From assembly GCF_000014785.1 (NCBI RefSeq), contig NC_008340.1, forward strand, positions 2,700,001 through 2,732,000: DNA of 32,000 nucleotides, read 5' to 3'. The notes under the pieces were generated by a model, which was not told where the DNA came from, ran no database searches, and saw only the letters and a program-made list of their open reading frames with translations. Origin of the DNA: Alkalilimnicola ehrlichii MLHE-1. GTDB lineage: Bacteria; Pseudomonadota; Gammaproteobacteria; Nitrococcales; Halorhodospiraceae. Made by a program: the position numbers and the translations under genes. Shown in pieces: positions 24,552 through 32,000 of the stretch. Within the stretch, counting starts at the first letter, position 1, and each line of letters starts with the position of its first letter.

Positions 24552-26099
24552 CTATTCCTCGCGGGTGACCCGCAGGACCTCCTCGACAGAGGTCTCGCCG
24601 GACAGCACCCGTCGGACGCCGTCGGCCCGGATGCTGGGGGTGAGGGTGCGGGCGTGGTGCTCCATCTGCTGCTCGCCGGCGCCGTCGTGGATCATGGTGC
24701 GCAGGGTTTCGTCCAGGGCGATGATCTCGTAGATGCCGGTGCGCCCCTGGTAGCCGGTCTGATGGCAGGCGTCGCAGCCGACCGGGGCGTGCAGGGTGGG
24801 TGGGTGTTGCGGGTCCAGGCCCAGCAGTTCGCATTCCGTGGCATCGGCGGTGTAGGGCTGGCGGCACTCCGGGCAGAGCAGCCGCACCAGGCGCTGGGCC
24901 ATCATGCCCAGCATACTGGAGGAGAGCAGGTAGGGTTCCACGCCCATGTCGCGCAGACGGGTGACCGCACCGATGGCGGTGTTGGTGTGGAGGGTGGAGA
25001 GCACCAGGTGGCCGGTGAGGCTGGCCTGGACGGCGATCTGTGCGGTCTCCAGGTCGCGGATCTCGCCGATCATGACCACGTCCGGGTCCTGGCGCAGGAT
25101 GGCGCGCAGGCCGCGGGCGAAGGTCATGTCCACCTTGGTGTTCACCTGTGTCTGGCTGACCCCGTCCAGGTAGTACTCGATGGGGTCCTCCACCGTCATG
25201 ATGTTGCGCTGCCGGTCGTTGATCCGGCTGATCGCGGCGTAGAGGGTGGTGGTCTTGCCCGACCCGGTGGGGCCGGTGACCAGCAGGATGCCGTGCGGCT
25301 TGTTGACCAGATCGGCCATGCACCGCAGGGTCTTCGGCTCCATGCCCAGGTGGGTCAGATCCAGCCGGCCGGCCCGCTTGTCCAGCAAGCGCAACACCAC
25401 GCGCTCGCCCTGCCCGGCCGGCAGCGTGGAGACCCGCACGTCCACGGCGCGGCCGGCCACCCGTAGGGAGATGCGGCCGTCCTGGGGCAGGCGCTTTTCC
25501 GCGATGTCGAGCTCGGCCATGACCTTGATGCGGGAGGTGAGCAGCGGGGCCAGGCCCACCGGCGGCTGCAACACCTCGCGCAGCACGCCGTCCACCCGGA
25601 AGCGCACCGTCATGCGGTGCTCGAAGGTCTCGATGTGGATGTCGGAGGCGTCCTCCTTGATGGCCTCGGTGAGCAGCGCGTTGATGAGGCGGATGATGGG
25701 CGCATCATCCTCGCTCTCCATCAGGTCCTCGGGCTCGGCCAGTTGCTCGGCGACGCTGTGCAGGTCCAGGTCGTCGCCGAGGCCGGCCATCATCTCGGCC
25801 GCTTCACCGGCGCTGCGCTCGTAGCACGCCTGCAGGTACTGGTTGAAGGTCTCGTCATCCACCTCCTCCAGGGCCAGCGGCCGCCCGAGCTGGCGGCGCA
25901 GTTCCACCAGGGCCTGGGGGCTGACGTCGGCGCGGCAGGCGATGCGGGCCGCCGCGTCGCTCCAATCCAGCGGCACGGCACCGTGGCGCCGGGCCCAGTT
26001 GAAGGAGACCGGACGGTGCTCCGAGACCGTGGGCGGCGGCCCCTCACCGCCCTGCAAGGCATCCAGTTGTTCGTCCACCGCGCTCATGGTCGGCAGCAT
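24552..26099 (-). CDS. gspE: type II secretion system ATPase E
   Basis: 515 aa. Walker A GPTGSGKTT, Asp box and Walker B (DPDVVMIGEIRD), His box (TGHLVLSTLHTN) and a tetracysteine motif (CPECRQ...C-DACHQTGYQGRTGIYE). The N-terminal GspE N1/N2 domains are present. Confidence 0.95.
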   Translation of the reverse strand: MLPTMSAVDEQLDALQGGEGPPPTVSEHRPVSFNWARRHGAVPLDWSDAAARIACRADVSPQALVELRRQLGRPLALEEVDDETFNQYLQACYERSAGEAAEMMAGLGDDLDLHSVAEQLAEPEDLMESEDDAPIIRLINALLTEAIKEDASDIHIETFEHRMTVRFRVDGVLREVLQPPVGLAPLLTSRIKVMAELDIAEKRLPQDGRISLRVAGRAVDVRVSTLPAGQGERVVLRLLDKRAGRLDLTHLGMEPKTLRCMADLVNKPHGILLVTGPTGSGKTTTLYAAISRINDRQRNIMTVEDPIEYYLDGVSQTQVNTKVDMTFARGLRAILRQDPDVVMIGEIRDLETAQIAVQASLTGHLVLSTLHTNTAIGAVTRLRDMGVEPYLLSSSMLGMMAQRLVRLLCPECRQPYTADATECELLGLDPQHPPTLHAPVGCDACHQTGYQGRTGIYEIIALDETLRTMIHDGAGEQQMEHHARTLTPSIRADGVRRVLSGETSVEEVLRVTREE

Positions 26100-26254
26100 A
26101 ACCCACGGGGGTGGGCCGGTGAAGCCGGCCCTGCGACAACTCGCTGCATGTCCGCTGCAACCGGTCGTGGTTCAATTACAATTGGAATTGCGACATTGTT
26201 TAATGTTCGCGCGGACATTTCCCATCACGCGGCTATTGAGCCAGGGGTACCAAG

Positions 26255-28150
26255 ATGAAACTAATACGTTCGTATTGGGCCGCATCATTTCATCCCCATT
26301 CACGTCCTTCGTTACCGTTTTTTTCATTGCTGACTTTCGTCATTCTGGGGCTGGCCCTGGCCGGGTGCAGCAGCTCCAGCTCATCCGGTGACCCATCGGA
26401 TGAGGAGGATAACGGCTTTTCCGTCAGTGTGAACGTCCGCGGGTTGGACTTGGCCATTGATCCCGGGACACCGCTGATACTGAACGACCAGGCCGAGGAG
26501 GCGCTGACCATTGAGGCGGATGGCAGCTATGCATTCTCCGCCGAGCTGGCGTCCGGCGACAGCTATGGGGTCGAGGTGACGCAGCAGCCCAACGAACCGC
26601 GGCAATTCTGCTTCATCGAGCGTCAGCAGGCCGTCTCCGGCGAGATCACCGGCGATGTGACCCTCAACGTGGACTGCGGCCTGGCCTACCACGGGCTGTT
26701 CCCCGGCTGGGGGGTGGGCGCGACTCCGGACGACGGCTCGCTGCGGCCCCTGCAGATCGCCCCCGCCACGCTGGTGGCCCTGCGGGTCGACGGCCAGGAC
26801 GAGATTGCCGTTGTCGATCCCTGCCAGGTGGAGACCCGTGGTGAGGTGACCCACGCGGACGGTACCTACGACCTGTCAGTGACCGCGGCCACCGCCTGTG
26901 ACCCCACCCTGTTCCTGAACACCACCATGACGGAGGAGGCGTTCACGGCGCAGATCCCGGAGGGCATCGACGAGTTGCCCGACGAGCTCGAGCTGAGCCG
27001 TTTCGCCGGCCCCGACCGCGGCCTGCCCACCGCGGCGCTGGGGCATGCGGTGGCGGATGCCGAGGCGCAGGATCTGCTCCAGCACAACCGCTGGCTGCTC
27101 GCCGGCCTCACCGCCCGCCAGGCGGACGCCATGGCCGCCGAGGAGCTGCACGGCACGTGGGGCCTGGTGGCGCTCACCATGGAGCTGAACGACGAGGCTG
27201 AGCCCCAGTGGGTCCGCCACAGCAGCCTCAGTGTGCCGGCGATCATCGGCAACGACGGCAACGGAGATCTGCTCCTGAACGCGGACGGCTGGCAGACGCT
27301 GACCGCCGCCGTGCAGGCCATTCAGGACGACCCGCCGCCTCCGCCGATCACCCAGGGCTTCACCCAGGGGGCACCCGGCGATGGCTTCAGCGACGTTCCG
27401 TTGACCCTGAGCGCAGATGGCCGCTTGCAGGCCGGGGACAGCCACGGTTTCGTCTCCGCCGATGGCGACTTCTTCGTGCTGATCCATTCCGAACCCACCC
27501 CGGAACAGGTCCGGGCGGACGAGGAGAACGGGCTGGGTGAGGGCCAGGGCGCCCACCAGGTGCTGCTGGGCGTGCGGCGCGACGAGAACCTGGTCTCGCT
27601 GGACGGGCGGACTTACGCCCTGTTCGGCCCCTCCTGGTTCCTGGGCACGGAGGAGGACGGTGACTCGCTGCAGGGCGTGGCCGAGTTCGAACTGGCGCCC
27701 TTCCTGGAGGGCACGGCACTGAGCTTCTCCGAGGGCGAGGTGACGCTGACCCTGGAGGAGGAGCAATGGATCGCGCCCTTCGGCGGCGGTGCCCTGGACA
27801 TCGACAGCGACTCCGACTCACTCGCGGGACTGCCCTATACCATTGGTGACAATGAAGGCGACAAGCCGCAACTGATCGAGATCGACCTGGGCGATGGCTT
27901 CGGGCCCGATCGTGACAACTACCTCACCGGCTACGCCCACGGCAAGCTGCTGGTACTCGCCCTGGGCGTCCGCGACGGCACCCAGGAGGAGGAGGCGGCG
28001 AGTCTCAGTGCCGAGATCAACCTGCTCGGCCTCATCACCCTGAGTGCCGACGCCACGGTGAACGGCGACGATGACGCCATTCCGGCGGAGGACGTGAGTG
28101 TGGGCACGCTGATCGGCATCTGCGTGCAGGGCTGCAACAACGAGTTCTGA
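26255..28150 (+). CDS. large acidic lipoprotein of unknown function
   Basis: 631 aa. The signal peptide ends in the lipobox LALAGC, followed by SSSSSSGD. The protein is very Asp/Glu-rich and I recognise no catalytic motif. It is followed by a strong terminator. Confidence 0.75.
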   Translation: MKLIRSYWAASFHPHSRPSLPFFSLLTFVILGLALAGCSSSSSSGDPSDEEDNGFSVSVNVRGLDLAIDPGTPLILNDQAEEALTIEADGSYAFSAELASGDSYGVEVTQQPNEPRQFCFIERQQAVSGEITGDVTLNVDCGLAYHGLFPGWGVGATPDDGSLRPLQIAPATLVALRVDGQDEIAVVDPCQVETRGEVTHADGTYDLSVTAATACDPTLFLNTTMTEEAFTAQIPEGIDELPDELELSRFAGPDRGLPTAALGHAVADAEAQDLLQHNRWLLAGLTARQADAMAAEELHGTWGLVALTMELNDEAEPQWVRHSSLSVPAIIGNDGNGDLLLNADGWQTLTAAVQAIQDDPPPPPITQGFTQGAPGDGFSDVPLTLSADGRLQAGDSHGFVSADGDFFVLIHSEPTPEQVRADEENGLGEGQGAHQVLLGVRRDENLVSLDGRTYALFGPSWFLGTEEDGDSLQGVAEFELAPFLEGTALSFSEGEVTLTLEEEQWIAPFGGGALDIDSDSDSLAGLPYTIGDNEGDKPQLIEIDLGDGFGPDRDNYLTGYAHGKLLVLALGVRDGTQEEEAASLSAEINLLGLITLSADATVNGDDDAIPAEDVSVGTLIGICVQGCNNEF

Positions 28151-28175
28151 CGTTGCCGCGGTGCCACCCAGGGCT

Positions 28176-28209
28176 CGGCCGGCGTCTCAGGGCGCCGGCC
28201 GTTTTTTTT
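28176..28209 (+). terminator. rho-independent terminator
   Basis: cggccggcg (28176-28184), 8-nt loop tctcaggg, cgccggccg (28193-28201), then T8 (28202-28209). It lies 26 nt after the lipoprotein stop codon. Confidence 0.8.
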
Positions 28210-28253
28210 GACGGAGCGCGGTGAGCCGGTACGGCCGCCGGCCCACCGCCGGT

Positions 28254-30275
28254 TCAGTCCAGAAAACCCTGGCGCGAGGGGGGCGGCAGGGCGCCCCGCG
28301 AACGGCCGGTGGGGCCGGTGCTTTCCGGCCGGTCGTCGTAGGCGGGCGGCAACGACATGAACTGCTCCGATTCGGCCAGCACCGGCGCGGCATCATCGGG
28401 CATCAGCGGCACGCCCTCGTCGCGAAAGCGCTGCTGCATGGCGCGCATGCGGTTGTAGGGCTCGGCGGTCGCGCGCTCCTGCGCGGCGGTATCGCGGATG
28501 ATCACCGGGCGCAGGAAGACCATCAGATTGCGCTTCTCAACCTGGCTGCGGTCGTAGCGGAACAACCGCCCCAGACCCGGCAGGTTGCCCAACAGCGGTA
28601 CCGCTTGGCTGCGGGTGCGTAGCTGGTCGTCGATCAGCCCGCCCAGGACCACCATCTGCCCGTTCTCCACCATCACGCTGGTCCGCACGCTGCGCAAGTC
28701 GGTGACCAGGTCCGCCGCCCCCTGAATGCCGCCGCTGACGCTGGAGACCTCCTGTTCGATCTCCAGCTTCAGGGTGTCGCCCTCGTTGATCTGCGGCCGG
28801 ATGCGCAGTTGCACGCCCACGTCCTGACGCTGGATGCTGCTGAAGGCCTGGCCGGAGTCCTCAATGGCCCGGCCGGTGATGAAGGGGACATTCTGGCCGA
28901 CGACGATCTCGGCCTCCTCGTTGTCCATGGTCATCAGCGAGGGGGTGGAGAGGATGTTGCTGGCGCTGTCACCGGACAGGGCGCGGATCAGCGCCGCCAC
29001 CTGGGTCGAGCCCCGCAGGTCGCCGACGCCGATGGCGGCGCCGTCGCCGACCTGCGGCAGGTCGGCGGTGCTGCCGTCGGAAATGGCCCCGGCAGCCCGG
29101 ATGACGTCGGCGATACCGCCACCGGCGCCGGCGGCCCCTCCGAAGTTGATCAGCCCGACGCCGCGGTCCTCGGACAGCACCCCCCATTGCACCCCCAGCT
29201 CTTCCACCCGGTCCTGGGAGACCTCGGCGATCACCGCCTCCACCAGCACCTGGGCGCGACGGATATCGAGCCGGTTCAGCACCGAGCGCAGCGAGCGCAG
29301 CACGTCCGCCGGCCCGTTCATGACCAGGGCGTTGGTGCTGGAATGGGCGCGGATGTCCAGCCCCTGGCCACCGGCGTCGTTGCCCCCCCGACTCTCCAAC
29401 AGGCTGGTGCCGATGCCCTCCAGTACCGGCACCAGCTCCTCGGCATCGGCAAAGCGAAGATAGACCACCTGTGCCGTGCCCTCGGCGGCCACCTCACTGT
29501 CAATCTGGCCGATCAGGGCGCGCACCAGCAGGCGGCGCTGGCGGTCGCCGGCGATCATCACACTGTTGGCCCGCTCATCGGCCACCACCCGCAGGCGGCG
29601 CCCCTCGCGCTCCTCGTCCTCCAGCTCGCGTACCATGCGCACCACTTCGCTGGCGGCGGCGTGCTCGAGCTGGATAACCTCGATCTCGCCCTCGGTGTCC
29701 CGGTCCACCCGGCCGATCAACACCTCGAGCCGGTCCACGTTGGCGGCGGTGTCGGAGATGATGAGACTGTTGGCCGGGCTGTAGGCGGCCAGGTGGCCGT
29801 CCTGGGGCACCAGCGGGCGCAGCACCGGCACCAGCTCCGCGGCGTTGACGTGGTCCACCCGGATGACCCGGGTGACCGCCTGGTCCCCCAGGCTTCGGGT
29901 GGTATCACCATCACTGGGGATACGGTCCTGGCGGGCCTGGGCACGGGGGATGATGCGCACCGCCTCGGGGGTGGGCACGGCGGCAAAGCCGTGGATCTTG
30001 AGCGCCGAGAGGAAGACCTGATAGAGGCCGTCAGCGTCCACCGGGGTCTGCGAGACGATGGTGACATCGCCCCGCACCCGCGGGTCGACGATGAAGTTGA
30101 CCCCGGTCTCCTGGGAGACCAGTGCCACCACCTCGCGCAGGTCCGCATCCTGGAAGTTGAGGGTGATCCCCTCGTCCTCTTCGGCCAGTACCGGCCCGCA
30201 GAGCAGCAGCCCCACCAGCAGCACGCCGGCCCCGCAGCCGAGCCAGCGCCGCGCCCCCGCTATCAGCTGAATCAT
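28254..30275 (-). CDS. gspD: type II secretion system secretin D
   Basis: 673 aa. Signal peptide, N0-N3 domains (ITLNFQDADLREVVALVSQETGVNFIVDPRV) and a secretin domain (TSVMVENGQMVVLGGLIDD, VPLLGNLPGLGRLFR). Confidence 0.95.
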   Translation of the reverse strand: MIQLIAGARRWLGCGAGVLLVGLLLCGPVLAEEDEGITLNFQDADLREVVALVSQETGVNFIVDPRVRGDVTIVSQTPVDADGLYQVFLSALKIHGFAAVPTPEAVRIIPRAQARQDRIPSDGDTTRSLGDQAVTRVIRVDHVNAAELVPVLRPLVPQDGHLAAYSPANSLIISDTAANVDRLEVLIGRVDRDTEGEIEVIQLEHAAASEVVRMVRELEDEEREGRRLRVVADERANSVMIAGDRQRRLLVRALIGQIDSEVAAEGTAQVVYLRFADAEELVPVLEGIGTSLLESRGGNDAGGQGLDIRAHSSTNALVMNGPADVLRSLRSVLNRLDIRRAQVLVEAVIAEVSQDRVEELGVQWGVLSEDRGVGLINFGGAAGAGGGIADVIRAAGAISDGSTADLPQVGDGAAIGVGDLRGSTQVAALIRALSGDSASNILSTPSLMTMDNEEAEIVVGQNVPFITGRAIEDSGQAFSSIQRQDVGVQLRIRPQINEGDTLKLEIEQEVSSVSGGIQGAADLVTDLRSVRTSVMVENGQMVVLGGLIDDQLRTRSQAVPLLGNLPGLGRLFRYDRSQVEKRNLMVFLRPVIIRDTAAQERATAEPYNRMRAMQQRFRDEGVPLMPDDAAPVLAESEQFMSLPPAYDDRPESTGPTGRSRGALPPPSRQGFLD

Positions 30276-31264
30276 TGCAGCTCCACTATCACGGTTTCCA
30301 TCCGCCCGTCCCGGCGGACATCCAGGGTTATCCGGTCGGCGGTCGCCAGGCTGCCCATGAGTTCCCCCATCCGCGCCGGGTTATCCAGACCCACGCCGTT
30401 GACCGCCGTCACCACGTCATCATCCCGCAGTCCGGCCTGACGGAACAGCGCCTGGTGCTGGACGGGCTGCAGCCGGTAGCCCTGCAGTCGTCCGCCCTCC
30501 ATCACCGGCCGGACGTTGACGATATCCCACAGCCGTTCCGGGTTGCGCGTGAGTTCACCGCGCAGGTCGGACAGGGCCTCGCGGTCCACATCGCCCCGCG
30601 CGGCCGCCGGGAGCACCCGGGCGGCATCCGACCCACGCCCGGCCTGGGTCCCGGGCACATCGAAGTCGGCGCTCGCGAGCAGTTCGGCCACTTTCCGGGG
30701 CAGGCGCAGCAGCTCGTGGCGGCCGTCACGGCGCAGCACCACCCGGTCGGTGTGGACCTGGACCAGGGTGGCGCCACCCGGCACCTCGTCCGATACCCGG
30801 AAGACCTCAGTGCGGCCCCGGCTGGCGATCAGCGCCGCGCCCTGGCCCTGGCCGCCACGGGCCAGCACCCCTTTCAGCTCCAGGTTGAGCCGGGTCTCCG
30901 GGAGTTCCTCGGTGGCCAGGACGGCGTCCAGCTCGTCGTCGTCCTCGGCCTGCCCCAACAGGTGCAGGCGGGCCACCGCCGCCAGGCGCGTCTCGCCGGC
31001 ATCGGCCTCATCGCCGCCAGGCGCGGCAGGCTCCTCCGGCCCGGACCACGCCGCGGCAGGCACCTCCTGGGCCGGGCCGTAACCGAGCAGCCACCAGGTC
31101 AGGCGGGCACCCCCCTGCGCCAGCAGAATCACCAGCAGCACCGCCAGCAGCCAGCGCAGCCAGTGCCCGCCACGCCCGGTCAGCAGGCCGCCGGCAAAGG
31201 CGCCCAACCGCTCGACCCCGGCAATACCCAGCCCTCTGTATCCTGATTCGGCCGCCATGATCAC
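30272..31264 (-). CDS. gspC: type II secretion system protein C (HR domain + PDZ domain)
   Basis: 330 aa. One TM (WLRWLLAVLLVILLAQ). HR domain (LNLELKGVLARGGQGQGAALIASRGRTEVFRVSDEVPGGATLVQVHTDRVVLRRDGRHELLRL). C-terminal PDZ (GYRLQPVQHQALFRQAGLRDDDVVTAVNGVGLDN). The stop overlaps the gspD ATG as ATGA. Confidence 0.78.
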   Translation of the reverse strand: MIMAAESGYRGLGIAGVERLGAFAGGLLTGRGGHWLRWLLAVLLVILLAQGGARLTWWLLGYGPAQEVPAAAWSGPEEPAAPGGDEADAGETRLAAVARLHLLGQAEDDDELDAVLATEELPETRLNLELKGVLARGGQGQGAALIASRGRTEVFRVSDEVPGGATLVQVHTDRVVLRRDGRHELLRLPRKVAELLASADFDVPGTQAGRGSDAARVLPAAARGDVDREALSDLRGELTRNPERLWDIVNVRPVMEGGRLQGYRLQPVQHQALFRQAGLRDDDVVTAVNGVGLDNPARMGELMGSLATADRITLDVRRDGRMETVIVELQ

Positions 31265-31395
31265 CTCGGTGAATGAGTCCGCAGCATACCGGATGACCGG
31301 CAGGCCTTGAAGGGACCTGACACGCGTCGCATCGGGGCCATGAACATGCTGTAATAGGCGGCGTTCATCCTGGGCGACTCTCGGAGTGTTTCACG

Positions 31396-32000
31396 ATGCT
31401 GTGGCGTACCTCCCCGGTACTGGTTCTCCTGTTACTGGTGCTTTCCGGCTGTGCCACCACTTCAGGGCCGGACGACCGCCGCGCCGGTACCGCGGCGGAG
31501 CAGTACCGTGCGGGGGTGGCGGCACTGGACGAGGACGACCGGGCGGCCGCGCGCGAGCGCTTCGAGGCGCTGATCGAACGCCACGCCACCAGCCGCCACG
31601 CCGGCCAGGCCCGGGCGGAACTGGCCTGGCTGCATTACCGCGCCGGCGAGTTGGACGCCGCCCGGGAGCAGGCCTCCCGCATGGCGGAGACCCACCCGGA
31701 CCACCCCAGTCTGCCCTACGCGCTGTATGTCGCGGCCATGGCCGCGGAGCAACAGTGGGAGGACAGCCTGGCACGGGGTGAGCCGGATCAGCGGCTGGCC
31801 CGCCGCGCCTTTGCCGATTACCGGGCCGTGGTGGACCTGGATGCGGAGGACCGCCACGCCGGTCTGGCCCTGGAGGCGATGAGCGCACTGCGCGAGGCCA
31901 TCGCCCGCCACGAGCTGGACCTGGCCCGGACCCGGCTGGAGGATGGGGCGGCAGACGAGGCGCTGGACCGCGCCCGCTACGTGGGTGAGCACTACCCCCG
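31396..32000 (+). CDS. bamD: outer-membrane assembly lipoprotein BamD-like (TPR), 5' part, runs off the window
   Basis: My own translation from the ATG at 31396 gives MLWRTSPVLVLLLLVLSGCATTSGPDD..AEQYRAGVAALDEDDRAAARERFEALIERHATSRHAGQARAELAWLHYRAGELDAAREQASRMAETHPDHPSLPYALY... It has the lipobox LSGC and a BamD/YfiO-like TPR pattern. It is open to the end of the window, so it is absent from the ORF track. Confidence 0.55.
   Translation, partial: MLWRTSPVLVLLLLVLSGCATTSGPDDRRAGTAAEQYRAGVAALDEDDRAAARERFEALIERHATSRHAGQARAELAWLHYRAGELDAAREQASRMAETHPDHPSLPYALYVAAMAAEQQWEDSLARGEPDQRLARRAFADYRAVVDLDAEDRHAGLALEAMSALREAIARHELDLARTRLEDGAADEALDRARYVGEHYP

Noticed and set aside
701-25323. Same-strand alternate-frame ORFs (701..1948, 6690..7877, 8305..8799, 14830..16404, 24445..25323, 26876..27766 and similar)
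   Set aside because: They overlap well-supported genes in another frame and encode Arg/Pro/Gly-rich nonsense with no motifs.
26170-26215. Possible operator palindrome (caatt-ac-aattg) in the divergent gspE/lipoprotein promoter region
   Set aside because: It has only 5-bp arms in an AT-rich patch, so it is too weak to call without comparative or experimental data.
871-30440. Long plus-strand ORFs antisense to recognisable genes (871..2469, 2803..4122, 5062..5928, 8666..9856, 9876..10844, 13734..16190, 16832..17806, 18602..20086, 19482..21821, 24654..25466, 28809..30440, 30275..31246)
   Set aside because: Each lies antisense to a gene with clear family motifs. Their translations are low-complexity (Gly/Ala/Arg/His/Val-rich), and stop codons are rare in GC-rich antisense frames.

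Overview
Visibly GC-rich, gammaproteobacterial-type chromosomal segment; the acidic secreted proteins suggest a halophile or haloalkaliphile, but that is only a guess. Almost all genes lie on the minus strand. Left end (1-5841): a carbon-storage and fermentation cluster, phaC -> fabI -> MaoC-hydratase/phosphotransacylase fusion -> ackA (truncated at the window edge), followed by an MscS-type channel gene. Two arrays of REP/MITE-like palindromic repeats (205-880 and 5895-6510) flank this block. The rest (6512-31264) is a complete type II secretion (T2SS) cluster, gspC-D-E-F-G-H-I-J-K-L-M-N, with no gspO in the window. Non-gsp genes interrupt it three times. (1) A large acidic lipoprotein gene lies on the opposite strand between gspD and gspE. 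(2) An insert of about 8.45 kb between gspE and gspF encodes five signal-peptide proteins and a divergently oriented 159-aa CPBP/CAAX-type intramembrane protease. (3) An S8 subtilisin gene is wedged codon-tight between gspJ and gspK. Two insert proteins with unrelated passenger domains, a CLCA-like HExxH metalloprotease-VWA protein and a beta-propeller protein, share a 42-aa C-terminal tail. The tail has a Cys motif, a hydrophobic helix and an Arg cluster, and is nearly identical at nucleotide level. My main candidate is a self-contained unit of T2SS, CPBP sorting protease and tagged cargo, analogous to GlyGly-CTERM/rhombosortase and MYXO-CTERM/myxosortase. I cannot verify its novelty without database searches. 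A cytoplasmic hypothetical gene is translationally coupled to gspN. The right edge carries the start of a BamD-like lipoprotein gene. I saw no rRNA, tRNA, CRISPR, transposase or integrase. Many long ORFs in the track are antisense or alternate-frame artefacts of the high GC content.
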